Made by a program: the position numbers and the translations under genes | Notes under the pieces: generated by a model | Seen by the model: the letters and a program-made list of their open reading frames with translations, nothing else | The model's database searches: none | Told to the model about the DNA's origin: nothing | Part shown: piece after piece, positions 39,001 to 50,900 of the stretch | How positions within the stretch are numbered: position 1 is the stretch's first letter | Layout: each line of letters begins with the position of its first letter | Assembly: GCF_006345805.1 (NCBI RefSeq) | Contig: NC_042997.1 | Coordinates: 43,772,001 to 43,836,000, forward strand | Reading direction: 5' to 3' | Length of the DNA stretch: 64,000 nt | Origin: Octopus sinensis | Lineage: Eukaryota

Positions 39001-41654
39001 ACTCTCTGTGTCACGCTGAATATCCCCAAGAACTGTGTTAAGGGTACACGTGTCTGTGGAGTGCTCAGCCACTTACACGTTAATTTCACGAGCAGGCTGT
39101 TCCGTTGATTTGGATCAACCGGAACCCTCGTCGTCGTAACCGACGGAGTGCTTCCTAGAGATGTACTCCTTTACCTCCTTCATTTCATTGCTTCCCACCT
39201 CTATTCATTCTTGTGCTACATCTTCCAACACATATATTTCATTTTAATACAATTCATTTTAAAATCTGCTGCTAAGCTATGAGTGTCCAGCTCTGTCAGC
39301 ATGGCTTGCAGCTGGTCTGTGCTTTCAGTGATGAGTATGATACCATCTGTGAATCACAGATGTGTTAGTTGCTTGTCATTAATGTTCTTCACATCTGTCC
39401 AGTCAATGTCCTTGATGACTATTTCTAGACATGCGGTAAAGAGTTTTGAAGAGAAGGTATCTCCTTGCTTGATGCCCTTCTCAAATGGGACCCTTAATGA
39501 TGTTGATAGCAAAGTTGTATCTGTTGTATATCCAGACTTCACATCTCTGAGCAGTTTGACACATTGTACCCTGACACATTGTACCCTGACACCTTGCATC
39601 TGCTAACATGATTGACACAATCTGTGTGATAACCTGGAGCACAAATAACAATTTGGAAGTTCTGCAAATTGAAGGGTGTTCGGTGCCGCTTCTGCTACTT
39701 AAATGTAAGGGATTTCAAAAATACCTTAAATCTTTGATGTTAAATGTCAACTTCGAATACTGTAAATATTTCAGATGAAACAACAAATATTAAAAACATG
39801 TTTTGACATTTTTTTGTTTTATTTTTTAAACATATTCAATAATTTTAAAATTACTGAAATTTATAAAATAATTACTGTATATTCTGGCATACGGGTCTAT
39901 GTACTATATTATAAACATGTAATGTAAATATTCAAACATTGTTACTATCTTTCCAAATCCTCCTGCATTTCCCGTGGAACTTTTGGTTCTCCAAAGTTGT
40001 TTTGGTGTAGAAGTCAGCCCATCTTTTTTGGCTGCAAATTTTGGTCTGAAGCTCTGATTTGTATGCCAGAAAATATGTTTTTTTTTTTGTTCCATTTGTT
40101 AATTTTTTTTTTTGTCTTTATTGTAGTATATCAGCACATGATCTTGTCTACATTGGCCTTCGTGATGTTGATGCAGTAGAGAGGTAGCGTATCTATCTTG
40201 TTGATGTTACACTAACTACAACAAACCATCCACCCATTCATCTTCCCTATCCACTGTTCCTGGTAGTCCATAAGGGTAGAGTCCTAAGGCACATCCTCTA
40301 TAGGATCCTATCAGAAACAACCATCTTTAGACTTTCTAGCAGGATTCCCAAGTATGACCAACTGAAATTAAGGATATCATTCAACCATCTCATTCTTGGT
40401 CTACCCTGAGATCTCCAATCAGTTGACTTGACTTGAAGAATCCATCTTGTGATTCATTCCTGAGACATTATAATTGGATGTCCATAGTATTGGACTTCTC
40501 AATGTAGAGAGGTAGCAGTTCAACCCAGAGAGACTCCCAGATTTCTGAGCTATGCACCCTGTCGAGTAACATTACTCCAGAGCCCTTGGGAGGAACCCCA
40601 TTTTGGCTACTTATATTTGCAATTGTACTCTTTCAATCATTATCCAACATTCACAAACATAGGGGATTATAGGCACAGAAACCAGATTAAAGATAGCTAT
40701 CATTATTTTGAAGAGGATGTGAAGCAGACTTTATAAAGTTGATGGAGATATTTTTGGCAAGGGACCAGATGAATTGGCTGCAGTTTGGGAGGTAAGAAAT
40801 CCTAAAGACGATGTGATACATGAAAGCTTCTTTTACATACAAGATAGTGGTCTTACAGAGTTGCACTAAATCTTATTCATTCCTCCAGGCTGGGGGAGTA
40901 GATGAAATTCTCCAGATATTGTAGATCTTGTTTTTTGCCCAAAACTCTTCATCGTATTTTTTGTACAGCTACTACCATCTATATACATCATCTATATACA
41001 TCACATACCTAAACACAGTCATCTCTCTTGTATGTCACATTTCTAACTTGGATTACTGATTCTCTACATTAAATATACTTACCTCTCTTAACTATTAATT
41101 TTCATGCAAATGACATCTCTCAGCAATTAACCTCAATTTTTATCATTCAAATTTGCTTTTTTTCCATGACTACTTTGTCAAGCATGCTGCAGTCTAGCTG
41201 AAGAGGTGTAAAAAGACAGAAACATGCCATGAGTTGTCCTAAGTATTTGCTTAACTGATTAAAGTAATTTTAGTGATTGAATCTATGATCTCTCTTCACT
41301 GTGCCAGTATTTCTGTTTAGATTGTTGATGCTCTACATTAAACAAGTGACCTCTTCTCAACTTAACTGTTAATTTTCATGTAAATGGTAGCGCTAAGTGA
41401 TTAACCTCAGCAATTGGTTTTTATTTGTGGTGATGGTTGTTAAATAAATGCTGCTGAATAACTTGTTTCCCTGTCATAGCAGTAAAAACTGCTGCATTAC
41501 AGCCTAAACTGGGTGGTGAAACTATAATTCAACTAACAATTGGTGTAAGTATATTGTAAGCATCTATTATAAATGAATGTGATGCAATGCAACTTAGTAA
41601 TTTATTTCAAATAAACTTATTTATCAAATATATTTCAATGCTTTCTTTTTGAGT

Positions 41655-41694
<40 letters not shown>

Positions 41695-44600
41695 TGCACT
41701 CTCATTTATATATGTGTTGGGGAATTGAGTTTTGTGGAACAAACAGGAGAAATAGTACTCAATACATAAGATTGTGTGCTTGCATGTGTATTTGTGGTAA
41801 GGCCTATAGCTATAAACTGTAGTCATGTTCTGCTTTAGTATTACATTAGAAGTAAAACAAAAAAGTGATGCAATGCAATTAAAGAAACGAGATTGTCGTT
41901 TGTGACGAGCCTACTCTTCCAACTTTAGTTTCCATTTCACCTCTTGGCACACCAATATGTAGTTTTTCTGCTTTTATATATCTATATAACTTATTTACCG
42001 TTACCTTTTTACTTGTTTCAATCATTAGACTGTGGCCATGCTGGGGCACACCGCCTTGAAAAACTTTTAATGAAATTAATCAACCCCCCAGCATGTTATT
42101 TTGTTAAGCCTAGTTATGGGGATGTAAACCAACCAGCACTGGTTGTCAAACACAGATGCAAAAACATACATATATATATACACTTGATATTGAACACACA
42201 TACACAAGGCATGTGTGTTTAATATTGTTTATATCTCCCAAGCTGCTTTTAACTCATAACTGAATATATATACACACACACACACACACACAGCAGGCTT
42301 CTTTCAGTTTCCATCTACCAAATCTACTCACAAAGATTTGGTTGGCCTGAGGCTATAGTAGAAGACACTTGCCTAAGGTGCCATTAAGTGAGACTGAACC
42401 CGGAACCATGTGGTTGGGAAGCAAGCTTCTTACCACACAGCCACGCCTGCACCTATTCTCATTATTTGTGTATTTAAAATAAAATCATTAAATTTTTTTC
42501 CGTATTCATTTGATATTGAAATATTTTTTAACTTTGATGTATTTTGAGAGGGTAATTTTCCCAATGAAAATATTCACATTGGTTTTAATTCACCTCTTTT
42601 TAGTCATTATTAGTCAACTACTTTACTAATTAATTGATTTAGCATGGAAAGCGGACGTTAAACGATGATGATGATGATGATTAACTAAGTGATTACTTCA
42701 CTAATCATTTGATCAATCAATCAATCAGTGTCCTTTTGTTGTCATTTGTGATTTTACCAACGATGTACCCTTCATTGTTCTACGACTGTCACTATGTATC
42801 TAAACCAATTAATAAGTTAATTGGTTAATTAATTAGTTAGTTAGGTAGCTAATCATAATTTTTAAAAAAAGGTGAAATAGAACCTGTACAAGATTTTTAT
42901 ATTGGCAAAATGACCATCCCCCAAAGCAATAACACCTGTTTCAAGACACAATTTCATATCAAGAATCTTGTAAAAACAAAAATGAAATATTTTTTCTTAC
43001 TTTTGGTCTATAACACATTTTGTTTTCTAGATGGCTTATTGAAAAACTTGGGATTTGTACTTTTTCAATGCAAGAATTAGATGATTTAGGAATTGCAGCT
43101 GTTTTGAAGACGGCCCTTTCAACAGTTGATCCTGAGTGAGTTAACGGCTTTCTCTTAATTATTTACAATTCTTTTAATCACTTATCATCATTTTTAGATC
43201 CATTTTTTTTTTGCTTGAATGGATTACAAAATAGATCTTTTCCAACACAGCGTCTCACATCTTCTTGCTGAACCTCATCACTACTTTCATGAGTTTCAGA
43301 TTCCTGTAATCAACTTTCACCACTGTTCATATCGTACAATCTTTTCTCTCAGCTCATTTGCAGTCTGTCGTTCATGCACGCTAACATTATTCATCCAGTG
43401 GAGTATATCTACTTCATTTCTTTTCAGCTTTTGCACATTCTCTTTGTGTAGTGCTCAGGATTTTCTACTTTGCAACATTGTATTTCATATTGTTTATATC
43501 GTTACACCTGTAGTGGATGCGTGATGTATTATAAATACATAAGTCGTTTTGTAATAAATTAAAGATTTATTTTCACTACATCAATTTGTAAGCAATGCTA
43601 CACATCGCTTGTACAAAATGCATATTAAATAATGCTTGCAAATAATACATATTAAAGAATGCGCAATACATAGTACATATTAAAGGAGAATATGTTTGAT
43701 GGTGTGTGTGTGTGTGTGTGAGTAAATCATGCAGGACAGAGTCACCTTTCTGAATATTCTCTCGTCGTCTCCATAAATGCGTGGCGTTCTCTTAAGCGTT
43801 GATTCTGGTTCTCTCCCGATATCTATTTCTCCGTTCTATTTATAAAATCTCAAATAGCCAGAAAAATAGATATATCGCAAGAGAGTTATCATTAAAGTAG
43901 GTCGCTGGTCATCCTGTTAAACTTCGTCTGACCTGCTCAGGTCAGAGGTCGAAGGGAGACGATCCATCATTTTTTGTCAGAACAAAGAGATTCTGATTTG
44001 GCGCCTTTTTGTGCATTGGTATTTTACGACCAATGATTCTTGGGTCTGATTTTGAATCCAAGCTTAGAGAAGGAAGTGCTAATTCTTACACACCTACCAT
44101 ATTCTGAGCGCCTTGTTTCCCTGGGCATGGATTCACTGAAGCTCCGGCATCTGGCGACAGACTTGGTAAACACCCACAAAGTTATCAACCACCTCACCAA
44201 CAACAACACTGAACACCTTTTTGATCTCCATGTGTCCTACACACATGGACATGCCTACAAAGTCAGAAAACAACACAGCTCCCATGACTTTCGGAAACAT
44301 TTTTTCACGCTCAGAGTTGCTGAAGCATGGAACAAACTGCCTGCGTCAGTTGTTGACTGCCATGACACTGCATCCTTTAAGGCCCTCATGCTTTCCGAAA
44401 TCCGCCGAAACTACACCTGATTATACATACACTTTAGATGAGTTGTAGTGCACCTGAGCACTGTACACAATGTTTTATTATTATTATTATTATTATATTA
44501 TTATACACAAGCATTATATAATCTACCCTTCACTCAAAGAAAGTAACCCTTTGTTACTAACAAAGATAATAGCTCCAAGAATTTCTCCATATTGCTCCTA

Positions 44601-47600
44601 ATCTAGTGACCATGCTTCTGGAGCACCCATCTCCACTGTTACAAACCAGTCATCTACACCTGATTTTCTTAGCAGTTCTCCAGGTCAACAAATGCTACAT
44701 ATAGTGGTTAACCCTTAGCTAAAATGTTCTGTATTTGATTTACTAAGAAGAGTGCATTGGTAGTACCTGGCCTTGGCATAAGCCCAATATGCCTCTCACC
44801 TAAGTTGTCTTTTTTATCAATAACTGCATTGTGGAACTAAACCTAAAACCACATGGCTGCAAAACAAGCTTCTTAACCACACAGCTATGCCTGAGCCTAT
44901 AATAATTTGATATGTTCAAGTCAGTGTCAAAACAGATGTAAGTCAATAATAGGCTTATTAACCTTGTGTTTGGTTCTGGTATATTGTTATATACCCAATG
45001 TGTGTATTGACTAATGTACTCTTTGGATTGTGCCATATTGTTTACTGATGTACAATTCTTTGAAAGAATAGAGTAGAGGGCTGAAGCTGGGAGTCAGGAT
45101 TACATAAATTTAAGGTGAAGCAATGACAGCGAAAATCTTTGTGGTTGTTCTGTCTGCTAGAAACAGTAGCCAAATTTCCTTCAAAAGGAAAGTTTTTTCA
45201 TTTTTCTTAATGTTTACCTCTATTGCCAGTATACATTACATGGGTGTATGTGTATGTGCCAGGGAGAAGAATCAGGGAGGTAGAATAAATGTTGCTAGAA
45301 TACATCCCTGCCCTTTCAAGTATTAAGATTCTGAAGGATAGAGGAAGGAAGGGTAACAAGATATGGGTGGTTGAGGGTGAGGGATATTCACTATGCACAG
45401 ATCAATTGCTTTCCTCTCAGTTGTTGGGTGGCATGGCACAGTAAATAAAAGAGATAATGGGGAGATGTGAAGGCATAGAATAGGCAATAAGCAGGTGGGG
45501 TTACATATATATATACCCTGTCACACTGTTTTAACAAATGTTTTGCCAAGCTTGCACAGAAGGACTGCCATTTGACGCAGCCCCCTGTCATCTCCTTCAT
45601 CAGATGTAACATCATAAAAATCCTTTTTCACCATCTCACTCAGGCTCTTATTCCACAAGTACCATCCACTTTGAGTCTGGTATGTATGCAGATGTCATCC
45701 TCCATCTGCAGCACATGCCCTTACCATCATAGTCACTTCTCTTGCTTGTTATATTTCAGAATGTAAATACTATAACTCATTTTAGCACCAGTGTGGCACC
45801 ATGTAAAAGCACCCATGCAGTGCCACATAAAAGGGCCTATTTGGCTCCACATAAAAGCACCCAACACACTGTAAAGTGGTTGATGCTAGGAAGGGCATCC
45901 AACTGTAGAAACCCTGCCAAATCAGACTGGAGTCTGGTACAGCTCCCCAGCTCTGGTTAAACTGTCCGACCCATACCAACATGGACACTGGATGTTAAAT
46001 GATGATGATGATGATTTTGTATGTCCCTCTACTAATTCTGCATTCATCAACCTTAATAATGGTTTCAAATTTTGGCACAAGCCCATCAGTTTTGGGGAAG
46101 GGGTAAGTTGATTACATCGACCCCCAGTGATCAACTGGTACTTATTTTATCGAACCTGAAAGGATGAAAGGCAAAGTCGACCTCAGCAGAATTTGAACCC
46201 AGATCATAAAGACAGACAAAATGCCGCTAAGCATTTCACGCAGCATGCTAACGATTCTGCATCAGCCTTAATAATAAAAGTAACAAAATTCTTGCCGTCA
46301 GAAGTGAAATGGCTGAGTAGATGTGGTATTGGACTACTTACTTTAAAAGTTCAAATTTGTAGCAGATATTTCTGAACAGAACATTTGAATTCTACATTCC
46401 CTCGGTCCACTTAGCTATCAGATATAGATAGCAAACAGACATCATATTCAGGAATATTTCTTTCTCATCAGCCGCATCACTCTAAGAAACCATTAGCTAC
46501 TTTAGTTCTTGAAAAAGCTATGAGAATGTTTTTTCTTCTTTTTGCTGTCAGACCTTATCATCATCATTGCTTTTGCTAATCACTGCCACTATTTCAGTTG
46601 AGATAAATTCTAATATAAATGCTGTGGAGATGACCCAATTTCTCACAAACACAATTTATCTAACACATCAGATCAAATCAGCTGAACATTGTGTTGCAAA
46701 TTATGCAAATTCTTGCTACTGTAAGAGAAAAAGGCAAAAAATACCACCATCATCATCATCATCATCATCCCATTTATTTAAACATTCATTTTTTTTCATG
46801 TCTACATAGTTTTCAAAGGTCTGCAACATAGTTACTTTTCCAAAGTTTTATTTGTTATATTTTTTTATTTTATATCATAATTCTTTTTCATTTTTACTTT
46901 TTTTTTTCTTTCTCATTTACTTATTTTTGTTGACAGGGCAAAAATCAGAGTTCAAGTTAGAAATGCATTTCAGGCCTACCTCGTCTTTTTTTTTATTTAT
47001 TTTATATATTTATTCATTTGTTTCAGAGGCCAAATATCTGACCTTGCCACCACTTCCTCTCTTTCCTCTGCTCGTCATCTAGAATTCATCATTCATTAGC
47101 ACAGCCTTCATATGTCTCAGCATGTAAAAATCACTTCTGCTAATGCGATTCATGTCAAACTAGTCTGTTTACTTGTATTCCAACTTCCATACAAATTTCC
47201 GTTATACCCCTAGCAGAAACATACTTCTTCCTCTCTACACTTTCCCCTATTTGGAGGTGCAATGGCCCAGTGGTTAGGGCAGCGGACTCGCGGTCGCAGG
47301 ATCGCGGTTTCGATTCCCAGACCGGGCGTTGTGAGTGTTTATTGAGCAAAAACACCTAAAGCTCCACGAGGCTCCGGCAGGGGATGGTGGTGATCCCTGC
47401 TGTACTCTTTCATCACAACTTTCTCTCACTCTTACTTCCTGTTTCTGTTGTACCTGTATTTCAAAGGGCCGGCCTTGTTACTCTCTGTGTCACGCTGAAT
47501 ATCCCCGAGAACTACGTTAAGGGTACACGTGTCTGTGGAGTGCTCAGCCACTTACACGTTAATTTCATGAGCAGGCTGTTCCGTTGATCGGATCAACCGG

Positions 47601-47886
47601 AACCCTCGTCGTTGTAACCGACGGAGTGCTTCCATTTCCATTCCCCTATTTAGTGGTTTGCTCCAATGGTCATCACACTTCTTCATACCTATTACGGACA
47701 GTCAACCTTTCGTGTGTGTATTTGAAAAATGAATAGAAGTGGTTTTTCTGATAGTTTTTCCACTTTTTATTAAAGTGGAAAGATTATCAAAAAAGCCATT
47801 TCTATTCATTTTTTAAAAATATATAACACTGTACCAAGGATTTTCTATTTTTTACTTTATATACACACACAACACATACATATAGG

Positions 47887-47942
<56 letters not shown>

Positions 47943-50900
47943 CTTTGCTCCCTCTACTTCTTCTAAACCTTTCCATTGCACTAATTGAATCACCTTGGTA
48001 ACAGAAATTGTCAATAACTTCTAGTGAGATGCATGAGTAATTCATGGTCGTTCCTATTTGTAAACTACTCATGTGGATCTGTCACTCCTGAAGTCCTCCC
48101 ATTCCACTATTATATATCCATTGCTTGCACTGTGTACATAATATTCCTTTTCTACATGTTGAACAAAATCAGATGGCAGTTAGACTGTGTATTCTTTGTT
48201 CTTAACTAGAATAGGTTTTTGTTACGTTGACAAATAAGAGCCATGAAATAAATTATAAATTGGATAAGCATTACATTTGACAGAGTAATCCAAATGCTAA
48301 TTAGTCTTTTTAATTTTATTTTCAGGGGAAAGCGGCCAATCCATGTTAGTTTTGACATAGACAGCCTTGATCCGTCAGTTGCAGGGAGCACTGGTACTCC
48401 AGGTTAGTGTTTCTAAACAGGGTAACAGATAAAATCTGAGTTTTCTCTGTGATGTCAATGAAAAATGAGAAAAGAAAGAGTCACTTTGAAGATAGGTAAT
48501 ACAAAGATAAAGGGATAAAACGTTAGTTCATATTTTTTGTCATAATACTGTGGTGGAAGCACTCCGTCGGTTATGACGATGAGGGTTCCGGTTGATCCGA
48601 ATCAACAGAACAGCCTGCTCGTGAAATTAACGTGTAAGTGGCTGAGCACTCCACAGACACGTGTACCCTTAACGTAGTTCTCGGGGATATTCAGCGTGAC
48701 ACAGAGAGTGACAAGGCCGGCCCTTTGAAATACAGGTACAACAGAAACAGGAAGTAAGAGTGAGAGAAAGCTGTGGTGAAAGAGTACAGCAGGGATCACC
48801 ACCATCCCCTGCCGGAGCCTCGTGGAGCTTTAGGTGTTTTCGCTCAATAAACACTCACAACGCCCGGTCTGGGAATCGAAACCGCGATCCTATGACCGCG
48901 AGTCCGCTGCCGTAACCACTGGGCCATTGCGCCTCCCATAATACTGTAATGTACAGTGAAAGAGACTATATGGATGCTTGACCTACAAGAAATAGACAAA
49001 TCTCTTGTCAAAGCATTCTTTAGTTGGTCGGGTTGTTAAGAATGCTGGTTATTTAGTGATATTTGGTTTGGCTCCCAACATTCTTAGTTCAGATTCCACT
49101 GAAGTTAACTTAGCATTTCATTCTTTAGGCTATCTACCCTTCCAGCTGCCACGTTCAGGATATTTTCACTGGGTTAAAGAAGAATGTCTGTTTCTGGGTA
49201 TATTATATCAAGGACTACATTATCCAATGGCAGTTAGTTTAGATTTAATGTTGTTCTTTCTTTTCATTTTCACTAATTCCATTAACTTATTTTCAATTTG
49301 AATTTTCTTTCTATAAATATTGATTACAAATTTTGGCACAAAGGCACAAGTTCAGGGTAGAGGGTAAGTCGATTACATCGACCCCAGTACTCAAGTGGTA
49401 CTCATTTTATCACCCTGAAAGGATTAGTTGACCTCAGCAGAATTTGAACTCAAAATGTCAAGCTGGATGAAGTGCTGCTCACCATTCTGCCTGGCATCCT
49501 CACCATTCTGCCCATTCATTGCCTTTCTATAAATATCAAATATTCTTCTTATACATTTTCGGAATTAAGTTATATTTTCTTTTATATCTTCTACTTAGTA
49601 GAGTAGGCAGTGTCCGTGATCTGTTTCAAAGCACTCCAAGATTAATGGGGATGGGTGTCCTCAAACTGGAAACCTGGTCCAGATTCTTGCAGTTGAGTGG
49701 ACTCTGCTAAAGTTACCCAAAGTGCCCAGTGGCAATGTGAACATAACAACTAATCTTCTGTAGCTTTCAGCAATGAATTTACCAGGTGCCTAATCCTTTA
49801 GGCATTTAAACCAGTGATATCCAGTCTGAATATTCTACCAGTTTTATGTTCAGACTGGCCAGATATGGCCTCTCCCATATACCCTATAATGTCATTTTAA
49901 AAATAAACAATCCGATCATCGAAATCTGGAAGCTACAGAGTAATATGAATGCTAAAGGGTTAATTAACTGAACACCCTATTCATTTAAATGGTTGAGTAT
50001 TCCAACAGACACAAGTACCCTTAATGTAATCTTTAAGTAGAACCAACATACTGCAGTTCAACAAGGCTGTCCCTTTGACTCACAAGTACGGTAATCCATT
50101 GAACAGGCTTCTACACAATTTCTATCACTCAAAATTTTAACTCACTCAACACTCTAGTAAAAGAGACATGTCCAAGGTATCTCACAATGAAACTGAACCT
50201 AGGACATCGTTATTACAAGGCTAGTTTCTTAACCACTGGTATATGTGTAGACATAGTTGCACACAAACACATGTGTATGAAGAAAATGGTCAAGAATTGG
50301 AGTTATAGTACAATGTACCTCCAGATGCTGCTTGGGAACAAGTATGATTTGATAATGTACCATGTTTTTGCTAATTGTTTTAGATGCCTACGTATTTACA
50401 AGCCTATACATATACTCTCTTGGGCTCCTTCATTTTTGAGTCTGCAGTACATCCAGGGTGTGACAACTAGAAGGAGAGTGAGAGCTGCACCAGTGAAGGA
50501 GACTGTGTGGAAGCTTGTTAGAACATTCTTCTGTTGGTAGGGTCATTAAGAGTGCTGGATGTGTAGTGATATTTGTTCTGGCTCTCTACATTCTTAGTTC
50601 AAGTTCCACTGATGTTTGCTTTGCATTTCATTCTTGGAGTTTAATAAAATTAAATAACAACTAAGCACTGGTGCAGCTATCTATCCTTCTAGTGGCCACA
50701 TTCACAGCTGAATAGACTGGAGTAACAGAAAATTAAGTATCTTGCTCAAGGATACAAAGCACTACCAGTCACAAATTGAACACATTATGTTCTGATCATA
50801 AACCAAACACCTTAACCCCTAAGCTATATGCTTTTACTCAAACTTATTAATTTTTATACTTCAACATTCTGAGTTCAGTTTTATGAAAGGATTTTTAAAA

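Noticed and set aside
16107-40126. Nested gene in the large arginase intron (as with elav in Drosophila arg)
   Set aside because: I found no RRM-like or other host-protein exons on either strand; recognisable ORFs map to TEs. Very short exons could have been missed.
43730-44090. Identification as telomerase RNA, RNase P/MRP, 7SK or an HDV-like ribozyme
   Set aside because: No CTAACCCT template, no P4 consensus, no GATC-GATC 5' stem and no convincing HDV L3/P1.1, so it is left unassigned.
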